The notes beneath the pieces are model-generated. The model saw nothing but the letters and a program-made list of their open reading frames with translations. It was not told the DNA's origin and did no database searches. A stretch of 64,000 bases of DNA from Microthyrium microscopicum (taxonomy: Eukaryota), in contig MU004236.1 of NCBI GenBank assembly GCA_010405405.1, forward strand, positions 322,576-386,575, written 5' to 3'. The position numbers and the translations under genes were made by a program. Shown piece after piece: positions 35,739-48,429 of the stretch; within the stretch, counting starts at the first letter, position 1, and every line of letters starts with the position of its first letter.

Positions 35739-38481
35739 ATGGAACCTATCGCCATTCTCTCCACGATAGGCACATGCCTAAGTGTTACCAAGGTCACCGT
35801 GAGTGGCGTAAAATCAATATGGGAACTCAAGGGACGATATGGCCAGGCTGAAGGCAGCGTAGCTGGGATTTTGTCAAAGTTGCAATCAATAGAATTCTCA
35901 CTGTCGCTACTGGAAGCCTGGGCACAAAACGAACAACGTCGAGGTGATCCAAATGCCAATCTCTTACGACAGCTTGAATTATCGATACACTATTGTGCGA
36001 TAGTCATCTCTGGTATCAGTGCAAAAGCTAAAGAAGGGATACATACCGTCAAGGACAAACTAAAGTTTCTATGGAATGAAGATGCTGTGAGGGGCTTTGA
36101 AAGAGATCTTGACAGCCAGATACTTGCTCTCCAGCTTTTACTAATGACCACCCAATTGTAAGTCACGTTTCTCAATCTTTAGCTCACATAGCAATGTATG
36201 GAAATCAGTGAATATGGCGTACGATGAGAACGCATCGTTTTCTTCCGTTTATTATTGCCTCTGACATAGATTTAGCACGAATACATCCATACAGTGCGAG
36301 AGTTTAGAAAAGGCCGACGCACGAACAATTTTTAGTACGGCTAAAGATGTAGCGTCTATTTATGAGTTTGATGCCTTGACAATCTACGAAGGGAACGAGG
36401 ATATCGAATTTGACTTTGACAATGAGGTCGTTGACTCGGCGGCATATCGCGCAGCATTTAGAAAGCAGAGTGCACGTAATGCGGCAAGTAGAACAAGTCT
36501 CACAGCCTTATCGACAACAAGCCTTGGATCTCCTCAAGCACAGTCTTTGCCACCATCAGCTTGGAAAAGCTGGATGAATGAGCGCCGTCCCAATGAAGAG
36601 ACTGGACAGACAATGCTGCCACTTTCTCAACCCATCTCTGAAAGTCTTCAGCCCGCGAACAAGCGTATGAAAATGAAGCTCAGGCGGAAGGCCGTACCAG
36701 TATCCCAACCTGTCTCTGGTAATCAACTCAACAGCTTCAAGATGCTGCTGCAAAAGAAACTACAAGAGGACTTGTGCGCCGCCGCATCCAAGGGAGATCT
36801 AAATTTAGTAAAAGACCTAATCAGGCGTGGTGCAGATCCTACCTTGGACAAAACGAAATACGAACCACATTGCCTAAAAAATGCAATAACAGCTGGATCA
36901 GGCGAAGTTGTCAGCGTTCTTCTAGAAGCAGGCGTTGACCCGAATACTCCTTACTACAAGCCCGGGCTAGCTTGTCTTAGCACAGCATTAACACGACATC
37001 CCAACAATCTTGATTTACTCTCAACGCTTTTGAAATATGGAGCTCGTACAACAGAGTTAGATTCTGTGGGAGAAATTGAAGGCGATGTCTTTCAAGGCAA
37101 TATTCTTCACTTCCTCCCAAAAGTGGTTGAGAACATTTCTGATATCAGATCGACTGTCAATTATATACTGTTTTATAACAGTACTTTGCTCTCGGAATGT
37201 TCGTCCCGCTGCCATGGACTTTGTCTCACTCCGCTTCAATGGGCTGTTTACTGTGGGATTCATGGGTCACTACCAAACGACAAGCTGAAGGCGCTGATCA
37301 TCTCATATATCCAAAATAGCGCGGACATTCACGAACCGATTGATGATGCACAAGGGGGTCTGACTGACATATTTCTCAGGCTGTGTATGGCCACGGGTGA
37401 CAATCCGGATCTCATAGAGTTCCTCTTGGATCAAGGTGCCAATCCCAATCTACTCCTCACTAATAATGGATCGAAAACTCCGCTACACTGTGCCTGCGTG
37501 AGCGGCAATCTGTGGATTGCAAGAGTTTTGAGATCTGGCGGAGCTGTCATTGATACTCCAGATCAATTTGGCTATCAACCTATTCATTTCGCTGCTGGAT
37601 CCAGTAATGTGGGACTCGTCTCTTATCTCATAGAGCATCGAGCCGATGTAAATGCGAAAACAATAGCTGGGAAGACCCCGTTACATGTCGCATGCCGTTC
37701 TTTGACAGCACCACCGATTATTGTGGCACGGCTACTGAATACCTTTGCGGATTGTAACTCCTTAGATGCTTGCGGGGAAACTCCACTTCACTATGCCTGT
37801 GGTAAAGATGTAGATACCGTGGCAATGCTCCTGAAATACCGAGGTCTGACTATTGCTGATATTGAAGCCAAGTCGAAAATCCACGGTTACACTCCATTGC
37901 ATTATGCAATTGTACTCGAGAAAGGACCTCCAAATCCGATCTTACAGCTTCTGGTCACAAAAGTCAATTTAACAGCGATGGACAACTATGGCCGCAATCC
38001 TCTACACTTGGCCTGTGCTTTCGGCGCTGTCAAAGCTGTTCATATATTAGTTGAGAAAGGTCTGGATGTCAACGCCGCAGATCAATCACTGAATCGCTAC
38101 ACACCGTTGCATCATACGATATTAGGCTGGCACGGCGTGGATCATCTATCAAAGCCCAGCGTGGGGTTTGCAGAGGTACCTACGGAGTCTCGACAAGCAG
38201 AGAGATTGGAGATTGTTCGCTTTCTGCTAGAATCAAACGCCGACCCATCGATCAGGTGTAAGAGCTATGAAAGCTTGATTCAAATGGCCCAGGACAAGCA
38301 GTTGACTGGGTCAGAAGGACTGGAGGTGATAAGGTTGCTGAAGAAATCGCATAGTAGCAAACCGCAATTGATACGACTACTTGAGGAGAGTGCCAGAGCA
38401 CAGAGGCCGCAGCTCAACGCTATTGCACAGAGAGCTCGCCACAACAAACTAACGGCTTTGATACCTTGGAAGGACAAGTGA
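35739..38481 (+). CDS. Protein with a fungal STAND-type N-terminal helical domain (HeLo-like/SesA-like) and C-terminal ankyrin repeats (~874 aa)
   Basis: Exons 35739-36157 and 36276-38481 join in frame. N-terminus MEPIAILSTIG..ELKGRYGQAE..LEAW..KLKFLWNED..LQLLL, linker FDFDNEVVDSAAYRAAF, and many TPLHxA ankyrin repeats. No Walker A motif seen. Confidence 0.82.
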
Positions 38482-38626
38482 ACCGATTGGATGATATTGG
38501 GGTTTCCAAAGCGTGTAGTAGTCCACCTATGGGAATACCCAGCAAATATGTCATGCAGATAGTGATCAATAATAGTGACAGAACCACATAATAAACCTTA
38601 CGCTTTGATGAGAGGTAATTCATGGT

Positions 38627-39187
38627 TTAAGAATCTGTCTCTGCTAACAATGTGTAATAAAGTTCCATATGCTCTTTATGAACCCTAGTCGCCAGTCCAC
38701 TCAACCACAAATACCATACGATATAAAATGGCGCTGTGCCCCATACTGTTTCCGTTACTCGCACATGGCTCTCATCAACAACTTCCAGCACCCTCAGTTT
38801 CCATTCCTCAATGCCTGCCTTCGCCACTCTGGAGTGGAAATAGACGACATGTTCCGAGGGTTCGGCGATCTGTGCCCCCTCAACATAGGCACTGCCCATC
38901 TCATTGAAGGTGAAATGCGCCGCCTCGGGACTATCGTCGATAGACGGCCATGGCAGGTTGGCATCTCTGGGAAATTCTTGGGACGATAGAAGAGTTATGA
39001 GCTTCTCCTTGTCTATAGAAGTTTGCTTAGTGGCATTGCCATGACCGTCTGATTTGAGTACGCAGTTGGAGACGCTGGGAAGGATTTCCTGCAGACGTTG
39101 GATCCCGGAGGACGAGGCGAGGATATCCCAGGCAGTGTCAATCGAGCAATTATTGAGGATGACGGAGTGATGGAGCCGGAAAGACAT
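38627..39187 (-). CDS. Hypothetical protein, possibly START/SRPBCC-like fold
   Basis: Open 186-codon frame from ATG 39187. N-terminal strand plus AWDIL helix, beta strands (VRVTETVWG) and a C-terminal amphipathic helix resemble SRPBCC topology; the fold is an inference. Confidence 0.6.
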   Translation of the reverse strand: MSFRLHHSVILNNCSIDTAWDILASSSGIQRLQEILPSVSNCVLKSDGHGNATKQTSIDKEKLITLLSSQEFPRDANLPWPSIDDSPEAAHFTFNEMGSAYVEGAQIAEPSEHVVYFHSRVAKAGIEEWKLRVLEVVDESHVRVTETVWGTAPFYIVWYLWLSGLATRVHKEHMELYYTLLAETDS

Positions 39188-39858
39188 GTTGATGTTTGAG
39201 TTGAAGTTGTCGCCAAGCTTGAGGTTGAAGATTGCTGCATACAGCATCGGCTTTAGCCTTTTCAAGCCAATCAAAAAGGCTTGAGTTCCACGCCAATCGA
39301 TAGTAGTTGTGGCGTTTTTAGATGCACTTTACCAACCTCGAGGCGCTTGAAATTACGTCAATCATGAAAATCGGATGGTGTTGAGTTGGAAGCATGCCAT
39401 ACATAGGCGCGGTCATTCGCTGCTTCTGCCGTCTGCCTTCACAAACACCATTTCTACCGGCACCTCGATTGAACTTGTGATACGGATAATTACCAATATT
39501 TATGATGCTTTGGGTTCACTGATTATCAGACAAGTTGGCGGAATCATTCCACCTTCCACCTCCTTTGTTCGCTGGGTCCTCTTCAAAACCCCCTGCAATC
39601 GCCCATTGCCTCCGCAGAACCCACTGCGTGACTAGCACCACATCTTGATGCAACTATCCGCCACTAACGCTCTCTGTCATATTTTCTACTTATCCATATT
39701 CTTTCTGACAACATACACATTTTTTCATGAATCTACACCCTACAAGAAACATACACACAGCCAGATGAATCGGCGCATAAATCATCATTTTGCGACTCTA
39801 TCCGTTCTTAGCCGGCAATAACAACACTAGACGCGAGGGCAACCTCCCGGCTATCAAC

Positions 39859-42751
39859 ATGTCAAGCGACCCTTCCAACACAACAGAGTCTTCTACAAGC
39901 TCTTCCACTCCTTCGACCCGCTCTAATCGCCCTGCAGATGGTATCTGTCATGTAGATGAAGAAGATGATGAGGATATATCTCCCTCTACACCACCATCGC
40001 CGCGTTCCAGACCTGCGGATGCCAATCAAGAGGTACCTTCAAGTTCCAATGGCCAAGATACATCGAGTACTGCTCCTCTAGGTATATCGTGGAGCAAAAA
40101 CTTTTTGCAAAGTAATAATGCACCCGAAGAGACCAATGGAGCCTCAAATAGCAATAAGCTGGATCGTAGTGGTACAGCCACTTCGACTGCGAATACACGG
40201 CATTTTTGGAAATTTCATATGCGTGGATACGATGATGAAGATGATGTCGATTGGTGGTTTGCTTCCACTGCAGTACCGCTGCTGGCTGCAACTATCGCTC
40301 CGTTGGCGAATGTTTTGAGTATTGCGGCACTGGTGACTTCGTGGAGAATGAGTTTAAAGGATCCTGCAAATCCTGGTCAATTACTTCCAGAGTTTAGTGG
40401 GATAACTTACAAGGATCCGCGATGGTAAGTCAATTCTTTTCCAATTTCCCTTATGATGGTCTGTTATCTGGATCCTATCAAGGATCGCGTTGAGATTTCG
40501 CAAAAATGCCTAAGCATTCAAATAAAGAGCCAGGAGTACATGGACAATTGACGATAAGAAATCTATGGAATGACAAATCTAACATGAATTTCTACAGGTG
40601 TATCTCGCTCAATGTAGTATCATTGATATGCGGCTTCGTTGGCAACATATTTTTACTATTCAACTTTACGGGTAGAATCCGATACATCCTAGCTCTTCCT
40701 GCAACCATAGTCCTATGGTTTGTAGCTACAGGCGTTGTAAGTTCAATACATCCTGTCCATGATCCTATGTACTGACCAAGATAGCTCTTTGGCATCACAT
40801 ACGCCATGCATGTATACGTACCTCCGGAATTTCCAATAGAAACCTACTCTCAAGGATTTTGGTACGCGGTAATTGCCGCTGTGCTGTACTTTATATGTTC
40901 TGCATTGTTGATGTTCAACATGCTAGGCTACTTTTTGGGCCACTATCCACAAAGGTTTGAGCTTAATGATCATCAGCGGACTTTAATTTTACAGACTATG
41001 TTGTTCTTCATATGGTTGGCAGGCGGTGCGGCTATTTTCTCTAAGATAGAAAGTATGGATAATGATCAGGCTGACTGGGGCTTTGTCAATGGCGTAAGTG
41101 GTTGACTAGACTCCCTCTGGACTGAAAATGCTGATCATTGTGTATAGCTATATTTTTGCGATGTTACCATTCTTACAGTTGGATTCGGTAAATAATGTCG
41201 CTAATACATAGATCGGATACTAACATTATCTAGGCGATCTAGTCTTACACAATGATCTTGGGCGAGGTCTTGTATTTCCATATACTGTAGGAGGCATCGT
41301 TATGCTTGGTCTGGTCATTTCATCTATTAGCAAATTTGCCGCCGAAATCAGCGAGACCAACGTAGTCCAAAAGCATGTTGAAAAGGTCCGCCACCGTACT
41401 TTGGAGCGATCTACGACAGACCCACTGGAAGTCGAGCGACATGAAATTCTACGGAAGTTTAAAGGAGCTCACATAGGAAACATTTCCAGCCCGTTCAATG
41501 GCCATAGGATGAATAATACTCAACGTGAATCTAGAGGCTCGCGGTCAATCGGAAGGAACAGTTTGCCATCTTCCCAACGACGAGCTTCTGTTATACCACA
41601 AGTGCATAAACGCATCAATGTGCACGAAGTAGTAAAGTCACGACATCGCAAAGTCCGTCTATTACGCGAAGAGCGTGATCGATTCGACGAAATGCGACGC
41701 ATACAACGATCAACACAAAGCTTCAAGCGCTGGTGGGCTCTATCACTCTCCGTATTAGCCTTCGCCACCCTCTGGTGTCTCGGTGCCGTGGTCCTCTGGC
41801 AAACCGAGAAGGAAATTCAAGGCATGACATACTTCCAAGCTCTCTACTTCTGCTACGTCAGTTTGCTCACAATAGGATATGTAAGTCTCTCCCCTACCCC
41901 TCCTATTGCCACAAAACCTTTAACATACCCCCCAGGGCGACTTTGCACCACGCTCAAACGCCGGCCGCCCCTTCTTCGTCGTCTGGTCCCTCATCGCCGT
42001 CCCAACAATGACGCTTCTAATCAGCGACATGTCCTCCACCGTCATCGACTCCTTTAAGAAAACAACATTCTTCTTCGCAGACTTCACCCTCCTCCTGCGC
42101 AAAGGCGTCTGGGCCGACTTTCTCAAATCCCACCCACGTATCACCGCCTACCTCCGCCGTATCCGCGATTCCCGCGCGCGCCGAAAACGTTTGAGGGAAG
42201 GAATCCCCTTCCCCGAACCATCCCAACTTGAGAAAACACCAAACGCAGCCGAAACCCACGAAGACGAGGAGCGCCATCTAGCACATTTCGCAACGGAATT
42301 ACGCCACGATGAGCATAAGCCGCCTTCAGAGGCGAAGATGGCACGACGCTTGGCGCTGGCTATTCGTGCGGTTGCTAGTGATCTGAAAAGTGAAGGGGAG
42401 AGAACGTATAGCTTTGAAGAGTGGGCGGAACTTACGCGCCTCATACGCTTCACGAGCGAAGAGCCACGGCAGGCGCAGGCGGATGAGAACGCGGATGTCA
42501 TCGAGTGGGATTGGCTAGGCGAACACAGCCCCATGATGAGCGGTGTAACGGAAGCAGAGTTTGTGCTAGATCGGTTAGTGGAGAGTTTGGTCAGATATAT
42601 GGGGAAAGTGGAGAAGATCGTTAAGCAATCTAAGCGGACGAGTAAGAGTTTAGAATTTGGCAGAACAAATCTGGAGGATGAGAACGAAAGACCAGACGTG
42701 TCAAAGGAGAGACAGGAAGACGATGGCGAGATTGGGAGGGCGAGCAAGTGA
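39859..42751 (+). CDS. TOK1: TOK-family two-pore-domain outward-rectifying potassium channel, multi-exon
   Basis: WWFASTAVPLLAATIAPLANVLSI and multiple transmembrane segments. Two pore loops restored across introns: LYFCDVTILTVGFGD (~41150-41240) and LYFCYVSLLTIGY-GD (~41840-41940). Confidence 0.88.
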
Positions 42752-43604
42752 GGTTATGAACTGGCAATGTGTTTATGAGCGATGAATTTGTTGGTTGGTT
42801 TTAAAAGATACCCTAGATTCTTTTGAGAGGATCGTTTCCGTAATTCCTAAATAATTATCCCTATTATCCTCGAAGATTTGGTTTGTTGATTCTTAAAAAG
42901 GGGCAAGGCTGAGTCATGTGATTTAGCCTTGTCTGTGACATAAACTGAAGATGATGTATGAAATGGTCACCCGTTGCATGGTTTGGCTAATCTAAGAAGG
43001 ATTTGACCTTTGAGATATCAGCACGAGTTGCATTCAGATATTGCGTTGAAATGATATAGTGGTAAGCTGTGTAGTCAATGGAGCCTGGAAGGATGGGGAT
43101 ATTTCTATCTACTCCATTAGTGCCCAAGCCAAGGTTGCGACATGCACCCATGTAGCAAGTAGTTCTGCAGCGAGACACTTCATGGCGAGATCGCTGAAAC
43201 GCGATTATGAACTCCGTACCCATAAAGTCTCCAACAATCTGTGGCAGAAATCCCTGGGGCTGAGCTGCATGAGCTATTATCCACAATGTAACATTCAGCA
43301 GTCACATCACCATTGCCATAGGAAGGAATAAGTTGGAAGGATTCATTTGTATCAGTGAAACAAGTCGACAAGTCCGCTGGTAGTTGCGACTCCAATGACT
43401 GAATGTACACCCCAACTAAGATCCGCCACTCATTTCTTTTTCCCCCATCAGGTACCCACCCCCATAGAAAGCGAACCTGCATAAAGACGGCATGGCGCTA
43501 AAAACATGACTGGGATTGTCTATATATGTATATCATTCATTAGTTGGGCCTTTTAGTTGACTTTTCGGATCGTGTTCCTGACAAGCCAATCCACATCCTT
43601 AACA

Positions 43605-45889
43605 TCACAGATCCAGTACCATCTTGCTCGCAAAGTCTTTGCCCACGCATGCAACGAGTTCTGCAATGGTACCCTTCAATGAGCTAGGATTCCGGATATT
43701 ATCCGTTGGCCAGGAAGCTAGCATCTAGAGAGGATCAATGTCAGTAGCTTCGTTCTGATCGGTTTGTATTAGAGTTCGGTTTACCTTGCACTTATACATT
43801 CCACCACGAAGTTGAATGGGTAACTCGCCAAGGTTGATCTGTGCTTCCAGCTCTTCTGGAGTCATCATTCCTGCGAAATCTAGGTCGAATAGAGATACCT
43901 TGTCAGAATTGTGGGAGCGTAACATCTTGGCAACTGCGTCAGCACCAATCTCATCCTTTGTGGACTCTGCGGGATTTGAGCCATCCAAGGTTCCGTTTGC
44001 ATTCTGCTGCCGAAGTTGCGATAAGGAGAGATAGTGGTGAGTGTCCAGTAGCGACAAAGCCTCTTGATCCAAGGGATCCCACTGCTTCGTCTCCAAATCC
44101 AAAAAGTACTGGGGCTGATAGTCGTTTTTGTACTTCATCTTGCTGCAGGAGTGGATATAGTAGCCCATGTAGTAATACTGATACTCGCCCTCGAGCGCAA
44201 GACAAGCTTCCCGTAAGGCACTAAGTTTACCAAAGCTATACTTCTCATAGTCTTGATGGTAGACAAAGTATACGCCGCTAACGCAATGAGGAAGTAAATC
44301 AAGCACGCCAAATGCAATCAACCTACCGTCCAGCCAATAGCACTGGTGGAACGAACCCAGTGGCTGAGACTTGCCGTTTACTTGTCGTTCAGTATTCACC
44401 AACGGCGACTTGCAAAGAAATCGTTCAAAGTCGTCTGGCTGGCACTTTTCTGGCGGCTCCTTGTGCACTGCTTGCTGGTAATTTGAAAATAGTAGATGCT
44501 TTTCCTGCGTAAACGATGCTGGTTCCAACGTCACCACAAACTTGTGCGCTGGTTTGGGCTCCGCTGGCAACCGGTCAAACTCTGCCTCGTGTATCGTCTT
44601 GACGAGATCAAAGCCATTCCTGGAAGTAGCTTTTTCCGCCCTTGACTTGGGACGAAGTATGGCAGCCTTCTTTACGTAATCATCGCCTAGTACAAACTTG
44701 TTCCATCGGTTGCACGCGCTGCGCTGATCGCGCCTTGCTCTAAATTCCGAAACTGGTAGACTGCAGATACCCCAGTTGTATTAGTTGTGTTTGAATGGGA
44801 TGTTTGAGGCCTCCCCACGGCATGACACTCGCGTGAGCACTTACCGGATTGTGTAGTGTGGGCAGCAAGAATGGCGCATTTCTGGGCGGTAGAGCAGCGT
44901 CCCGGATCTAACCAAATGACGCGATCCATCAGCATAGACACAAACGACACATGGAAGTATTGTATGCAGGGCATGAGTGGGATGTCACACGAACCTTCTC
45001 CAACCAAGATCGATCAGTATTTGGTAAGAGTCACATTGTAACACTGATGCTCGTGCGTAGAGTGCTGCACCTGTACGGTTTGAACGAGGTTAGACACATC
45101 CTCAAGTGGGGTGCTGTTGTTGAGTCAGGGAATAGAATGATGTGGTGAGAGGAGTGGAATGATCATTGTCAACTGGTGGATCGAAAACATGACAGAGTGG
45201 GAGTGAGACATGGCGTGGAGTATATGTTTAGTGGTTCTGTGGGGCAGTTCGCGGTTTTGAAGCCATATTGGTAAGACCGAACCCTGACATCGCCACAATA
45301 CAGTCCGCCAGTCCCCTCTTGGGAAGGTGTTGACATTGCTTCAGGAGGCGAGGCTGATACAATGGTACAATGGTACCTCATACAAGTGGGCGGGCCGAGT
45401 CGGATCGGAAACGGCACCAACCGCCGCTTTAATCTAGCAATCCGGCCGACTAGCCTTATGCGATTAAAACGGCGGTAAGCCGGATCCATAACCGCAGACC
45501 GCCTCTTGAAGATATTGGAGGATTGGGAGATCGTGACAATGCGAATTCGGGCCAAACGCGCATCAGGGTCTGGGGGTAACAAAAGTACAAGGGTAGCGCT
45601 TTGAATCAATTGGAGACAACGCACGAGATTTGGTGGGTTTAGGCGAGGCTGACTGACTTGAATTATTATCATCATCGTCGTCTTCAGAATTGAGGTGCTC
45701 CTGCGGCAGAGGAGCTGCAGGGTCTTGGTGGGCTTGGTGGGCCTGTGTCTTGAGGTGCCTCTGGTTGGACTGGCAGTAGCCACATGAAGAATCGAATATA
45801 CCTAGCAGCTATAAGAACGTGCTACAAGCGCGCAATGGGATTGGGTTACCACAAGGTTCAACAAAAGAAAGCTCCCCAGCTTGTTCCAT
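43605..45889 (-). CDS. ATE1: Arginyl-tRNA--protein transferase, 6 exons
   Basis: Exons 45889-45850, 45801-45658, 45070-44995, 44907-44845, 44760-43785, 43724-43605 join in phase. Motifs SSCGYC, LGWRRSGTLLY, SCCPHYTIRL, GSFHQCYWLDG, SFGKLSALRE, YYYMGYYIHSCSKMKYK. Confidence 0.92.
45280..45570 (-). ncRNA. Candidate structured intronic RNA of unknown class in ATE1 intron 2
   Basis: 15-bp helix (45476-45462 with 45434-45420) inside a ~125-nt imperfect hairpin (45508-45383), plus a closing stem pairing 45570-45558 with 45293-45280. The non-Watson-Crick positions in both stems are G-U wobbles on the ATE1 sense strand only. Confidence 0.5.
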
Positions 45890-47911
45890 GGCGGTACGGA
45901 TTTTTCAACACGGATTTTCAGGCTGGCAAGAATTGGTTGGATGATACTGTCGTGGCCGTTTTCGCCGGAAGATGCGCTAAAGGCGAAATACTGCGCTTTG
46001 AGGACGATCCAGTTTTGATTGGAGTTTTTGCGATGGTTGAGGTTGTGCACTGAAAACTGTGAATGTTGAAGAGGGTTTACGGAATTGCTAGCATGCTGCC
46101 TCAAGCAACAAGGTTGACAAGGCTGCGGGACGAACTGGGTTGGTGTTGCCTTTCTGGCAGCTTACTGTTACTGAAGCTTAAGCTGTGACGTCCTACTTCC
46201 ACCCACTCGGTCTTTTCAGGGCGTTTGACCACACGCACTGTCGCGTGTCCCTTGAAATCAGGCACGAGATGAGGCTTGGTTTTCTATATCTTGATATCAA
46301 GTCCGACCTAGAATCCTGAATTAGGGAGTTCTTGTGTATCAATCTTCACCAATCCGTCGGCATCAAAGATCCGGACACTAGCTAGTCGTAACAGATGTTT
46401 GCTGGGATGAATGACCTGCGGCGTGCATGCAGTTGACTGGCGTGGGGTCTCTATGAAAGCGAGCTCTCGTCTGCCTCTTGGGCGGCATGAAGTTGGTGTA
46501 AATTCGCCCTGGGAAGGGTTGCTCTGGTGTAAGAGGTCAGCCGGTCACTGCACTCTTGGCCTGGGCGAGATGCTTCGTGGCAAGATGGAAACAAGGCGAC
46601 GCGCAAAATGAGGAGTAGATGATAGCTAAGTTTGCTCTCGGAGAATAGCGTAGAGCGGCCTCAATATCAAAAACAAGAAGTGGTGGGGAGGTTGCAAGCA
46701 TATGATCCTCATGAGAAATGATGGAAGGATCTACAATCTATAAGACAATGAGGACATTCAAACTTACCTGACAGGAGAACGCTAACATCAACAAGGACAG
46801 AATTGTAGGTTGATGCAGCTGACAAAGCAATCGTATAGAGTTAGATTCAGAAGGCTCATGTCTTCCAGAAGGCGATTTGAACATGGCGTAGTAATTTGCC
46901 GCTGTGTGGAGTTGGAAAATAAAAACAAGAAGCATTTGAATTACGACAGCGCATCAGTTGGGCGGCTCAGGCTGCCTAGAGGCTAGTGTTTAGTGCAGCA
47001 CGAATATCAAGTAACAGGCAGTGGCATAGGAATCGCTAGAATATTGGTTGTAACTTCCATCTTATTACGGGTTGAATTGGTGTGGCCCCTGGTCAATAAT
47101 CTGTAGCTTTGTCGGATTGAATACCTGTCTTATATGTACTAGTAGCCTAGAGAGGTCTGGACTAAGGAGTACTCAACCATTGTCTTGGTATTTCAATTTG
47201 GCGGTGCTTAGCGGGCGCTGAAGGTAGAGGCGCCAGTGAGAATTGCCGTTGATAGATCCCTAATGTTTCCCTAGGTTTCGTAATTTTGTATGGATTTGTA
47301 TGGATTTGTATGGTAGGGGAAAAGAGTCTAGGAAAAGTATGGACAAGCAGAAGCACAAACCTGCAGGTGGTCTTAGCGGCGCTATGCAGCAAAGAGCATC
47401 CATCCCCTCCAAGGCTCCAAATGTCACCCAGCACGCAGCTCTCGGATCTCTCCTTTGCTTTCCTTATTTTATTTTCATCAACCCCATTTTCCCATCACAT
47501 CTCTTCCTTTTCACCATGATCGCCTGCTTCAACCCACCCGACCATAAACCTCCTGGAGGTCCTTGACTCTTGCCTCCATCAACTATTACATCTCCCATCT
47601 CCCATCCCACGGTTGCTCCTGCCCACCCACTCTCAGTTCCTGACTATTTAGTCCATCGGTCCCCATCTTAGCAGGCACCCGCTACTTTCTCCTTTCCATC
47701 GCTCCTGCCTCAAGCTTCTTCCTTTCTACAAGTAGTAGTCGCGTGAACATCAATTTCAGTTGCTCCCTTCCCTGACCAGATCTCTACTCTACTCTAGAGT
47801 ACCGCCTGAACTCCCATCCCTTGATCAACTTCTTCACAACACCACTCTTCATTCAATTCCTTCAGCCTACTCGGTCTTTTCACCCTGGCGCACCTTGCAG
47901 TCAAGCTCCCC

Positions 47912-48429
47912 ATGGCTCAGCCAGCCGCACCTCGCGCCATGGAGTCGCGTACCGGACGGGTTAAGCAGAGTATGTCTCTCGTCTCTACAATTGACCCAAA
48001 GCTTACGTACCCTCCTTAGGATATGGTCCATCTGGAGAGCGTTTAGTGGCCGGAGTTGTAGCATTATCCGAAGACAAGTACTATGTCATGCTAGTACAGT
48101 CCAACAGCGGACGGAGTTGGGTGCTTCCAAAGGGCGGATGGGAAACCGACGAGGCCACGGCGCAAGAAGCTGCATGTCGCGAAGCCTGGGAAGAAGCCGG
48201 CATCGTTGTCACAGTCCAGTACGACCTCGGCACCATCGTGGAAAAGCGCGGCGCCACCATCAAATCGGAATACCATTTCTTTCAGGCGACGGTCGACCGG
48301 CTTGAAAACGAATGGCCAGAGATGAACAAGCGCACACGGAATTGGATGAGCTTCAAACAGGCAGAGGCCGTACTACAAGAACGGCCCGAGCTATTGGAAG
48401 CTCTCAATCGAAGTACAATGCATCGCTAG
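47912..48429 (+). CDS. Nudix hydrolase, diphosphoinositol-polyphosphate/diadenosine polyphosphate type (DDP1/Aps1-like), 2 exons
   Basis: Exons 47912-47969 and 48020-48429 give ESRTGRVKQRYGPSGERLVAGVV; Nudix box WVLPKGGWETDE..AACREAWEEAG; WPE..RTRNW. Confidence 0.9.

Noticed and set aside
45395..45420. TCGGAAACGG resembling SRP RNA helix 8
   Set aside because: The flanking AGG/GCA internal-loop pattern and the Alu UGUAA motif are missing, and the G-U pattern favours the opposite strand.
45169..45783. 204-aa minus-strand ORF
   Set aside because: It is an alternative frame over ATE1 exon 2 and intron 2; the true exon carries CGYC in another frame.
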